DNA from: Sphaerodactylus townsendi
Taxonomy: Eukaryota
Assembly: GCF_021028975.2 (NCBI RefSeq)
Contig: NC_059425.1
Coordinates: 26,350,001-26,414,000, forward strand
Direction of reading: 5' to 3'
Length of the DNA stretch: 64,000 nt
Shown here: piece after piece, positions 46,701 to 57,310 of the stretch
Layout of the letters: every line of letters begins with the position of its first letter
Position numbering within the stretch: position 1 is the first letter of the stretch
The notes under the pieces: model-generated
Databases searched by the model: none
What the model saw: only the letters and a program-made list of their open reading frames with translations
Told to the model about the DNA's origin: nothing
Translations under genes and position numbers: made by a program

Positions 46701-49700
46701 GAAAAGTCACTGCTCCTCTTTAAAACATTTCAAGCACATGCACACCCTGAACTGAAACCCACACATAGACATTGCCACGGGGATAACCAGGGACAAGTGC
46801 CCCAGACGGCCCCTGTGGAGTCACGTGGGGGGGGGGGGGTGGAAAATCACCCTCCACACTTCCAGGAAGGAGAGGGGGCATGACTGAGCCTGGGCGCAAT
46901 GTGCAGCCCCGCCCCGAGGGGTTTTTGGGGCAGAGCCACAGCCCAGCTGGCCCCTAGACTGGGAGAAAGCCCCTGTCCCTAGGACAGGCTGGGGAGCTTT
47001 TGGGGGCGGGGCTGCAGCCCAGCCAGCCCCAGGGCCAGGGGCTGGTTGGACTGCAGCCCCGCCCCCAAAAGCTCCCCAGCCTGTCCCAGGGACAGGGGCT
47101 TTCTCCCAGCAGTGGCGTATCTACCTTGTCCCAGGGCGCCACTCTTCTGGTTATGTGGGAGGTGCAAAATCGGGCCTCCACGTGACCAGGAAGTCCTGCT
47201 GCCTCATCGTTTTCAGGCGTCCTCGACCCTGCCGATGTGTCATCAACATAGGCAGGGTCGAGGGCACCTGGCAGCAGTGGGAGGGGTGGAGTCTGGGGGT
47301 GTCCGGAGGCAATTTGTCTCTGGGCCATTTACCCCCGATATGCCTCTGTCTCCCAGTGTGGGGGCCAGCTGGCTGCAGCCCCACCCCCACCCCCAAAAGC
47401 TCCTCGACCAGTCCTTGGGTCGCAGAGGGATGGGCCCAGGAGGAGCACGCCACCCCGGAGGTAAATGGGGTGCACGTGGGATGGGGGCCTTTGTGGTGAT
47501 GGAAAATTAAGATCTTGCCCCAGGCTCCGTTTTCCCTAGCTACGCATCTGACTCCACAACAATGGGGGAGAGAACTTAAACACTCTGTGATCTAAATTCC
47601 TTCACTTGTAAATCAGGGAATGAGTGTGGGCTACCTGGCAGGATTACTGTGAGTCCCTCTTTGCTTGAAATCCACACCATGGGATGTGCAACGGAGACCT
47701 AGAGCAATATTGTGAATCCCTTGTGGTAGAGCCTATTTCAGCAGAAGAACATCTCTACGCATTAAGTCCTTGGTTCAGTCCTAGTTGAAAGGATCAGGGG
47801 AAGAAGGCTGGAAAAGACTGAACTAGCCACTTAACTGGTCCTGGGTAAGTTGATCCAATTCCTTGGGTGAGGATATGGAATGTCCTCAAAGCGAACAGGG
47901 TAGCCTAGAGCAAGCTGGCTCTCTCTCTCATGCCAGCCAGCCAGCCTCACCCAGTTGCGAGCCACTGAAGCTCTTTAGCACAGAAAGCTTCACGGAGACC
48001 TAGAGCAATATTGTGAATCCCTTGAAACTGCGAGAGTACAGAATTAAGAAAAGGTTTCTCCTAGGGCACACTGACTTTTGAAAAGCCCACATTGCTGGTT
48101 CCCAGGGTTTTCTCAGCCGGGCAAGTTATGTCTATTTCCCAACAAGTTGTGTCTGTTCTCACCTGCACAGTAATGCGCGTGGGCAGTGGAATCCCCTCTT
48201 TGATGTCTTTCGTTCGCTCATTGAAATCCTTGCAAAACTGAGAGATGGGGATGCCTCTCTGGGGGGAGACAAAAGGGTATGAAGATGTTAAGCCCGTTCT
48301 CACGTACCAAAGATCCCCGCCCTCCCCTCAGAACTCCTGTCATGCCCCTAGAGGCACCCTCACTATTTTCCTTATTTAGGCCTCAGTTATATCTTTAGTT
48401 AGAATGGGCTTAGTTGGTTTTTTGTACAATTTCCTGTCCGAGGGAACCTTAGTTAGACCCTGTCCCTTTAAGAAGCCCTCTAGAGGCAAAACACTATAGC
48501 ATTCTTATTGGTTAGCAGTTCCTGCTTTACAGTTTGTTTTAGTTCAGGTGTCTGGGAAAGGCTGGAGACAGCAATATCTCAGACGTTTAAGATGTAAAAG
48601 ATCCATGATATTTTAAGTAATCCAGTTCCAACAGAATTGCAAGGAAACAGAGTCCAGGTAGAGGAGATCTCAGAAGCAATACAAGCAGGCTTCCTCAGAA
48701 GCAGTTAAGGAAAGAGTTGATGTCTGCAAGTTCTTCAAACCATCTCCAACCGTTTCCAGCATCGCAAGTATTCTTTATTTACGTAGACTTCATGGGAAAA
48801 GTCAGAGCCCTAAGCTTTCAATATTATTAAACCGTTTTTGAACTGTTACTTATTTGTCTGTGGGTCTTACACTCTGTTCTGGCTAAGGGCACGGCACCTG
48901 ATTTTAGTTTGCTTGGGGAACAGAACAACTCTCCTCTACATGCTTGGATTGCCCAGCCCCTAAGCACAGTATCCTGATTTCTCCTTCCGCAACACTCCCA
49001 AAGAAATTTATTTTTCCTAAGCCATCAAGATTTCCCTTGCTGCCCAGAGCCACCTTTCTAGGAGTCAGCAAGCTCTTGGCTGGCCTTTACTACTGTCCCT
49101 CTGAAAATACATTTATTTATTCAGAGGTTTAACACTTTGTTATGGGGAGAAGTTGATCCTCTCATGCCAAGACTCACCCCAAAACAAGACTGACTTGAGC
49201 ATGTACAGAGTAGTTCTCCATGCAATAACTCTTACTCCCAAACACCTTTCCACCAATACCCCGTGTCCATCCTTTTGGTCTCCACTGCATGTATTGGTCG
49301 TGAAGAACAGAATCTACTGATCCTCTCCAAAATAAGGGTTATTATGCCTAAGAAATTATGAGAACATTTAACAAGGGGAGGGGGGTACCTCATTTAATTA
49401 TTCTAATGGAAAAATGTAAGGGGAAATGACAAAATACTATATTTGAGGATCGATGGCAAACATAGCTTTGTGCCTTGGACTGAGAAAAGGATATGAAATA
49501 GACTTTCCTTTATGCAGTCACACAGAGAAAGAAATAGGTACTGGCCTGTTTTCTAATTGGTTATGTTTTCATGGCATTGGCCTGTTTTTCAGTGTTGGTT
49601 TAATGGCTGTGTTTTATTAGTTGTAAGTGGCCTCAAGCAGGTCTCTGGAGAAGCAGCAAGTATGTTTTCTAAATGAATTGGAGGGCTTGAGTAAAGGAAG

Positions 49701-52700
49701 CAGCAGACAGGAATCAGTGGGAAAAGTCTGTATTGCAGAGGGAAGTAAGCTGTGGGGCTTCCCAGGGATCTGTATTGAGAATGGTGCTGTCAACCTTGTT
49801 TATTAATGACCTGGAGTCCTGAGATGGCCAATGAGGTGACCAAGTTTGCGGACAGTCCCTGGGGAAGATGCATGTGGAATGCAGAGAATTCCAGAATAAT
49901 CTCTCCAAACTGGGCAGATGGAGCAACAGAATAGCAAATGCGGTTCAGTGTGAAAAGAAGCAAAATGGCAAGAACTATTTCTGTTGGGGCAGAAGATCCT
50001 AAATTCACCCACACACTGATGAGGGACTGAACTGGCAATTACTAACCTGGAAAAAGATCAGGGTATATAGCTCAATGACACCATCAGCTCAGTATGCTGG
50101 AAAAGGCACAGTCCATGTTAGGACTTGCAATTAAAAATAAAATGATCCCAGTGCAGCTGCAGGTTTATCAGAGTTGCTGCACTTGGAATACTGTGTAATT
50201 CTAGTCACTCTCTTTCTCAAAAAAGATATGGTAGAGCTGGAAAATGTGCAGAAAAGGTCAAGTAACATGATCAACCAGTTAAAGTACTTTTTCCTTAAAG
50301 GAAGGCTAAAGCATTTGGGGCTTTCTTGGTTGCAAGAGACAATATCGTAGAGGCTTAAACAGCTTTGCATGGGTTCAAGAAAATCAAGAGTGATTGTGGG
50401 GTTAGAATGTAGAATTAAAAGCTGGGAGACCCGAGATTATTCTGCAGTGCTGGTATTCAGTGGTTGACTGCTCTGAATGTGGAGATTCCAATCAAACCTA
50501 CCTTGATTTCAATAAGGGCTTTGACAAAGTCCCCCATGATATCCTTGCAGAACAAAAGTTAGTAAAACATGGGCTGGACAATGCTACTGCTAGGTGAATT
50601 TGTAATTGGTTAACCAACCAAACCCAAAGGGCACTCACCAATGGCTCATCTTCATCCTGGAGAGAGGTGATGAGTGAGGTTCCACAGGGTTCTGTCCTGG
50701 GCCCAGTGCTATACAGTATTTTTTACCAGTGACTTGGATGATCAATAGGAGGGCATGCTAATCAAATTTGCAGATGACACCAAATTAGGAAGGGCAGCTA
50801 TTAACCCAGAGGACAGGATCAAAATTCCAAACGACTGTGACAGATTAATAATTCATTGAGTAAAGATGGATTATTTTTCATCCTGAACCTACTGCCCACC
50901 AACTGTATTGGATGTCCCTGAGGCCTCTGTCCACTCTCTCAGCCCTGTGCCTAATTTTATAAACCTGTGCCTAACAACTCTGTACTGTCTCCTGATACCT
51001 ATATTTTCTAGCCTGAGAAGTCCCAGATTCTCCAGGCTTTTATTGTGAGAAAGTTACTCCAACCCCCACCTTTGTTGTTCTCCTTTGTGTTTTTTTCATG
51101 CTCTGGATTCTAGAATATCTGTTTGGCAATAGTGACAAGAACTGTACACAGTGAACGAGGTTGCATCATAGCTCTATACAAGGGCATAACAATATTAGAA
51201 GTTTTATTCTCAGTCCTTTTCCAAACAGCAGTTGTTGCAGGTATGCCAAACAAACAAGAAAGTATTCACCCATGGGCAGAAGACAACAGAGAGGGACAGA
51301 TGAATCTCCCTGGGAAGGGAGTTCCAAAGTATTAATGCCACAACTAAAAAGGCCCTTTCTGTCTCAGACGGCATCTGAAGTAGGCCTCTAAAGATAACTT
51401 GACTGGGGAAGTTGATTCATATAGCAGAAGGCGGTTCTTCAGGTATGCTGACTCCCAGGTGTATAAGGCTTTAAAGGTCAATAGTAGCACCTTGAATAGC
51501 AGCACAAAGAAGGCAAATCCCTATCCAGTAGAGCTTGTCAGATAACGTGTGACAGCAAGACAGGTCGAGAAAAGTAAATAAGAGAAGAAGATGAGAAGAT
51601 CAAGTTACATAAGAGTTTGTTATAGTTGCTGGTGGCGGCTAGAGGCTTTAATTAAGGGTATCCTGGAAGAGGTAGGCTTTAAGGAGGCATCTAAGGGAAG
51701 ATGGAGACGGAACTTCTTTAATTATTGAATGTCTTTTTTGTCCCATGAAGGCTCCCAAACCCAGGATCCACAGCACTTTCAGTGACCAAACACAACAAGG
51801 AGTCCTCTCTACCACCACAAAGACCACTCCCCCTGCATTCTGATGAAGAGACCCTTCCATCTGGGAGCTGGCAGAAAAGCAAGAAGACCAAACCTAACTA
51901 GAAGCAAGAAAGGCAACTTCTGCAGACTGGGCAGAACCACCAAGCAGAAAGGGCACGGCAAGTGGTCACTTCTCTTTCTTTTCTCCTGTTCTGTGCGGGG
52001 GGAAAAAACAGTCCCTCAACTGTTGGAGGGTGGGTGGTCTGAAGCTGGGATCCTGTTGCTAATAAGATTAAGTCAGACTTGTATTCAAGCACAGCAGAGA
52101 ACACACACACACAAGGCCAAACTCTGTGACTGGCAGGCAGGGTAAGACCTTTGGGTTGCCCAGGCCAGTTATAAATACTAGCAGCAATCTGTCGTCTGAC
52201 TTGGCCTACCCAGCAGAGCAGAATATCCTAACTGTGGGTCTGAAGGCCTCAGATAGTGTCTATACTCACCCAGGCTAGAGAGCACTTAATCTAGTTCTCA
52301 GAGCATTAAACCAGTAAACCTCTGAATACCAGGGCAGGAGGCAAAAGTCAGGGAAGGCCTGGGCCTCTACTAGGTCATGATTGTTGGTACTGTAGGGCAA
52401 ATGGCTGGCCACTGGGTGAAGGGAAATGCTAGATTAGATGGACCACTGTGATCCCGTAGGGGTTTTCTTAATCGTTGCTATATTGCAGCCTGGCCATGAG
52501 GTCAGAAATAAAGAAACAGGCCGTGGCAGTGGGGAATGCACCCTCTATAACCAAAAAAGATCACAACAAACATTTTGCTGGGCATGGATAATTCCTAAAC
52601 TAGCTCTCCCAAACTTTATCTGAAGTACCCCCTGTAGCTTAGAATGGACCTTTCTCATGCACCACCCACAACCTTCTTATTTGTGCTCTTTCCCCTCAAA

Positions 52701-55617
52701 GGACCATGGAGCTGCTGTCCCCCAACATCCCACACACCTGCATGGCAGCTGTAGTCATAGTCTGCACCATGGGAGCCATGGACGTCTATTTGGTGGAACA
52801 GAGTGCTGGAGCCCGACGGCTGGGTGTCTGCACACTGGCCCTGGCTGGAGACCTATTCTTTCTCCTGGTGTTGCGCTTTGCAACAGTGTGGCTGGGTGGT
52901 GAGGCGCGCCTGGCCCAGCGGGGGTATGCCATGGTGCTGTGGTTTCTCTTTGCGTTTGCCCTGGAGATCAAACTCTACTTCATTTACCAGCATTATGCGA
53001 CGGAAGGGCAGGCTCCTGATCCACTAGCCCGGCATACCCTGACCCTACTGCTGTCCATCTGCATCCCTGCTCTCTATACAGTGCTGGGAGCCACCGAGCT
53101 GCTGGCCCAGGCCACCACCAGCTTCCGCAAGAAAGATGAACTACGCAGGCGCCTCTTTTGGGTGGTTTTGGACCTGCTGGATGTGTTGGAGATCCAAGCC
53201 AGCCTCTGGGAGCCGCAGCAGCGAGTGCTGCCCTTGTGGGCAGAGGGCCTGACGTTCTTCTACTGCTACGGCCTCCTGCTGGTACTCCCTTGTGTGTCGC
53301 TGAGTGAGCTGGGTGTACAGAACCCCCACTGCGGCACACTCTACCCCCTGCTGAGTCTGGCAAGCGTGAATGTGGCCACCATCTTCATCCGTGGGGGGCT
53401 GCTCCTTCTCTGCCATGACCAGCGCATCTCCTCCATCTTCATGGGGAAAAACTTCCTAGCCATTGCCTTGAAGAGCTGTGCGGTATTGCAGCACCACACA
53501 GGCACCCAAGCCGCAAGGGAAACATGCCACAGATGTCCCACATGCAACCAGTCCCTTGGACGCACCCGGACCACAGGTGAGCAGCAACACAGACACGTCC
53601 AAACCACAGCAGAAATACGCAACAGACAGTCCACAGCTGACTACAGTCATGAATATGCTCAAACCGCAGCTGGCCAGCCCAGCAAACATACTGCAAATGA
53701 CCAGCTACACGAACAGGCTAAAGCCAAAGCCAGTCACAGAAATCCCACAGTTGAAATGCCCCTGGAACAGGCCCAGGTGACAGATGAACAGTCCCACAGA
53801 AGTGCTCAAACCACAGACCACCAGCTGCATAGACACTGCTGCATCAAAGAATCCAGCCACTACAGACACACCATCCAGCACTCACCGAGAGATCCAACCA
53901 CCATTGGTCCCACCACTGACAGAGCACTCAGAACAGGTTATCGGGTGCAGCTCAAGTCTGTATGGAATGGTCCATGATACACTTTCATAGGGATGCTGCC
54001 TGACAAAAAAAAAACACACCTGCCTTTGCACACCTTGAGACCTACCGGGAGGGCAGAATCACAGTTTAGAGACACAGCTACCAGCAAGGCTGTCAGCCAC
54101 CTAGATTAGTGGGCACAAAATCCAAATACACCAATGTTTATTCCACTCACAGCACTAAACACAGGCATCTGGTTGGCCGCAAGTGTTCTGTCATCACTTG
54201 TGGCAGGAGGGGAGGTCAATGACCAATCAGGATGCTCCAACTAGTCTTAGTGCAGAGAATTCAAATCAACAGGTCATCTCCAAATCACTTACACAAGAGA
54301 TTTACAGTGTTGTTCTAGAAATATGTCTTGTATGGACTGCCCTTTTGCAATCTTAATCTCCAAAATATTCCACTACACACTGCACAGCCAATCTATAAAA
54401 TTTAATGGGAGTGGCCAGGGAACAGTCCTGCAAAGATACTGTCCTTCTAACTTTCAAATGTTTAATCTACCTAATCCCTAAAAGGAAGCCACACCCACTA
54501 CCATGCCCCTTCTGCTACAAGAGGAAGTCGATATTGCAACTAACCCAAGCACATGCTGCAATTACACCATTTTGCTTACAGCTGGATCAGGGTGGTTTTG
54601 GGGTCAGGGAGACCTGGCCCCCAGTGGGTGAAGCAATAAAGAAGAGTGCCTCTGAGCATATCGAGAGTGCCTTTTTCTTAACAATCAGTCACCACACTAA
54701 ATGCCTACCTACATCTGGGGTTAAATGACAAACCCGATCAGGACATATTCCACAAAGGCTCAAGGTCCTGTGCCAGATGCTTCAATCATTCATTACTGGT
54801 TGTGCACATATTAATTCTAGCAAAGGACTGCTCCATGAAATTAATACAATGAACATTTTTCTAAAAATACACACCCACAGAGCACACTGTTGATCTTTGT
54901 AGTTCACTACCACAGTAAGTGATAATGACAAAAAGGGATTCAGAAAACACATGCTTAATTTATAAACCAAGGATCACAGAACTCCCAGGAGAGAGAGTGC
55001 AGCTACCAGCAAATCCCATGGCACTGAACTGCCATCAGCCTACAACAAGTCCTTCCAAGTGTATCCTCTGTACATAGAGTTGCCAACAACCTGATCAGGC
55101 TTATTGAGACTTCACTTATCAGCTAATATTATTTACATTCATCTGCCAATTCCCACATATTAAGTGTCTGTTGAGAGAAGAGGACATTTTTTCACCAGGT
55201 TGTTGGCAACCTTATATATATGCGACCCATCAGCAATGCAGGAACAAACCAACAAAAGCCTATGTTTGCCAAGAAGCCAATCCATGTACCAATATTATTA
55301 CTAAAAACATTTCTATGCTGCACTTCCACCCAATTCAGGTTCCCCAGGATGTGGCCAGTTTGCAATTGAAAACACCATACTATGCTCAAGTTTAATAACC
55401 GTTAAGCTTGAGCTCAATGACCATTAAGCTTGAGCTCATACTACGCTCAAGCTTAATATCTTGTCATTCCATCATGATCCCATCCCATGCATACCTGCCC
55501 TAGGGTAGGCCCTAAGGGTGGTCCTGGAACAGCTTGCCCTGCTCGAATGATAGTCCGGATCACACCTGCAGGGTCCACTTTCTGTACTGCTTTGGCAGCA
55601 CGGGAGACCTTCGACAT
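40666..55617 (-). CDS. MRPL11: Mitochondrial ribosomal protein L11 (uL11m); join complement(55495-55617,48163-48258,44964-45057,42528-42687,40666-40771), 579 nt, 192 aa
   Basis: [161 protein letters not shown]; uL11 motifs; exon sizes 123/96/94/160/106; all introns GT-AG. Confidence 0.97.
40944..42335 (-). mobile_element. L2 LINE 3' portion (frameshifted RT) in the last MRPL11 intron
   Basis: [36 protein letters not shown] and [20 protein letters not shown]; (TTTA)n 3' tail at ~40947-40975. Confidence 0.88.
42528..42687 (-). CDS. MRPL11: MRPL11 coding exon 4
   Basis: 160 nt; [16 protein letters not shown]...[10 protein letters not shown]; GTGAGT donor. Confidence 0.95.
42768..42909. mobile_element. 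hAT MITE with perfect TIRs and TSD
   Basis: CAGGGGTCTGCAACCTG..CAGGTTGCAGACCCCTG; 8-bp TSD GTCTAGCC. Confidence 0.9.
44062..44217 (+). mobile_element. 5S rRNA-derived SINE (5S/Sauria-type); related copy at ~56462-56618
   Basis: ATCTCGTCAGATCTCAGAAACCAAGCA..CCTGGCTGGTACTTGGGTGGGAGACC resembles the 5S internal control region, followed by GGCAATAGCAAGCCACCTCT. Confidence 0.7.
44221..44677. mobile_element. PIF/Harbinger-like MITE with long internal hairpins; related partial copy at 60934-61090
   Basis: Imperfect TIRs GGCTGTTTCCGCATGGG / CCCATGTGGAAAGGGCC; 3-bp TSD AAG; hairpin 44381-44540. Confidence 0.65.
44964..45057 (-). CDS. MRPL11: MRPL11 coding exon 3
   Basis: 94 nt; poly-T plus CTGCAG acceptor; GTAAG donor. 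Confidence 0.94.
46770..47545. repeat. GC-rich palindromic element (probable MITE) with a near-perfect hairpin at 46959-47109
   Basis: ~70-bp inverted arms CTGGGAGAAAGCCCCTGTCCCT../..GGGACAGGGGCTTTCTCCCAG. Confidence 0.6.
48163..48258 (-). CDS. MRPL11: MRPL11 coding exon 2
   Basis: 96 nt; [32 protein letters not shown]. Confidence 0.95.
48338..48927 (+). mobile_element. Probable solo LTR (590 bp)
   Basis: TGT...ACA termini; flanks ACTCC/ACTCT (5-bp TSD, one mismatch); ATTAAA near the 3' end. Confidence 0.55.
49700..51220. mobile_element. Patchwork of CR1 LINE RT fragments in both orientations
   Basis: Plus 50497-50850 encodes [15 protein letters not shown]-, [11 protein letters not shown]- and [10 protein letters not shown]-like peptides; minus-strand CR1-like pieces at ~49710-50050 and ~50930-51220. 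Confidence 0.75.
52706..53977 (+). CDS. TMEM121-like multi-pass membrane protein (TMEM121/CECR6 family), 423 aa, nested antisense in an MRPL11 intron
   Basis: Residues ~8-262 are colinear with TMEM121 ([92 protein letters not shown]); Kozak ACCATGG; pyrimidine tract plus AG acceptor at 52700-52701; AATAAA at 54635-54640. Confidence 0.9.
   Translation: MELLSPNIPHTCMAAVVIVCTMGAMDVYLVEQSAGARRLGVCTLALAGDLFFLLVLRFATVWLGGEARLAQRGYAMVLWFLFAFALEIKLYFIYQHYATEGQAPDPLARHTLTLLLSICIPALYTVLGATELLAQATTSFRKKDELRRRLFWVVLDLLDVLEIQASLWEPQQRVLPLWAEGLTFFYCYGLLLVLPCVSLSELGVQNPHCGTLYPLLSLASVNVATIFIRGGLLLLCHDQRISSIFMGKNFLAIALKSCAVLQHHTGTQAARETCHRCPTCNQSLGRTRTTGEQQHRHVQTTAEIRNRQSTADYSHEYAQTAAGQPSKHTANDQLHEQAKAKASHRNPTVEMPLEQAQVTDEQSHRSAQTTDHQLHRHCCIKESSHYRHTIQHSPRDPTTIGPTTDRALRTGYRVQLKSVWNGP
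55495..55617 (-). CDS. MRPL11: MRPL11 first coding exon (exon starts at 55640 after a T-rich CAG acceptor)
   Basis: ACCATGT start; 123 nt; PGPPLGP motif; GTATGC donor. Confidence 0.95.
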
Positions 55618-56769
55618 GGTAATTCAGGTTCTGGGTTTATCTGGATTAGAAAAAAAGGCTAGTAAGAATGGCAGTGAAAGGGAAAGGAATGTATTGTAAA
55701 AATTACAATCTTATGGGGGGGCAGAGTAGGAAGAAGTTAGGATGTAAGATTATTCCTAGGTCTACAGCAATGCATATTATTGATGGGGCAGGAAGGATCT
55801 GTGCCAAAACTCAATCTGTCATATGCCACACAATTCTTTACTGATCTTCTCCAAGGATGTGCAGAAGCCCCCCATCCTCAAGTTCCTGAATATTTAGATT
55901 GGAGGGGGGGGAGGCCTTTCAGATCAGCAGAATGCATCTTCCAGACTTTTCCAGAATTAAATGGCCCGGCAAACGTAAGGTTCAAGAAGTAAATAAGCAA
56001 TGAGGACATGCTGAATAAAAGTCTCAGGATTACAGCTTGGAATGCACTTTTTGATAAAAACTTCCTTGCCAATAGAAAAGTAACATTTGGAGAAAAATTG
56101 TACCTCTTTACTATTTTCAGGAAGGTTTTTTAAAAACAAACACACAACATTCCAAAATGCAATTGTTCCCCTGCAGAATGAAACAGTATACAGTCACCCC
56201 TTGCAACAGTCGCAACTTTCCACATGGGGTTTTGGCTGATTGCTAGTTGGTGCCGGACCCCACCCCCCAACATGAGCATGATTTTTAAAAAGACCACCTT
56301 GCCAGCCTCTTTGATTCACGCTGCCCCACCACACAAAAGAATGCCTTTAAAATGTTATGCAGTTTTCCAGATCACAGAGAGGTGCCCTGCCCCGATCCCT
56401 TGTGATGTGGAAGGAACAACTGTAGTGTCTTCTGCCCCCCAGGAAAGAAAGTCTTGTGTTATAGCCTGATCAGTCAGATCTCAGAGGCTAAAGAGGGCCA
56501 ATACTCAGAAAGGAGTCTACCAAGACAGCAGAGGAAGGCAATGGCTAAGCACCTCCACTTCTCATTTGCCTTGAAAGCTGTAAGTCGGTTGCAACTTGCA
56601 AGCACTTTTACACACACGCAAACATTCTGCCACCTCAGTTATTGGCCATCCCATTACTGTTTCATTTTCTTTGATGTGTAAACCTGGCCATCAAAAAGGC
56701 TATGGAAAACGGAAAACTGAGGAGGATGTGGCCGGAATATATCAGATACATAATGTTAGGGAAAGAGAC

Positions 56770-57310
56770 GTTTAGCCGCTGGAGAAACTTTCAATGCACG
56801 AACGAACTCGGAGCGGGGAACGGGTGTGCGGATTTTTCCATTTCGTTATTATAGATAAGATTATCTCATTGCGCTTAGCCTCTGGTAACCCAGAACCATT
56901 ATTGCCACTCACTTCCGTAGACCCGCATTTACACCTGCCTTTCATCCATAGACACCCTGGTAGGATGCACAGCAGCCTAGACTCGCACTGAGTACAACGG
57001 TAACAGGTCAGATCAGTGCTGCTACAGAGATAACAGACTTGCACTGACAGCTTGGCCAAAATGGGGCGGGATACGGAAGTCATAATATACCCCGGGGAGG
57101 AGTACAACCCCCTCCCTTCAATCCTCTTATCCTCCCGTTTTACCTTTCCCTCTCTCCAACCTCAGCACGTCTCCTCCGTCTTCCTGGGCGACGCCATCTT
57201 AGGTCAGAGGTCAAAAACAGCCGGCATGCTGGGAAGCTGGAGCTTAGCCCGCAGGACCAGCGGCGTTCGTTTCCACGGCAACTAGTCAGTTCTAAACGCC
57301 CAGCAGCGTC
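56770..57310 (-). promoter_or_regulatory. MRPL11: MRPL11 CpG-rich housekeeping promoter and probable non-coding exon 1 (donor after 57144; alternative donor after 56913)
   Basis: CpG enrichment; GC box (57063); ETS CGGAAGT (57074); YY1 CGCCATCTT (57192-57200); DR1 AGGTCAGAGGTCA (57201-57213); X-box GTTTCCACGGCAAC (57269-57282); AAG|GTAAAA donor. Confidence 0.7.
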
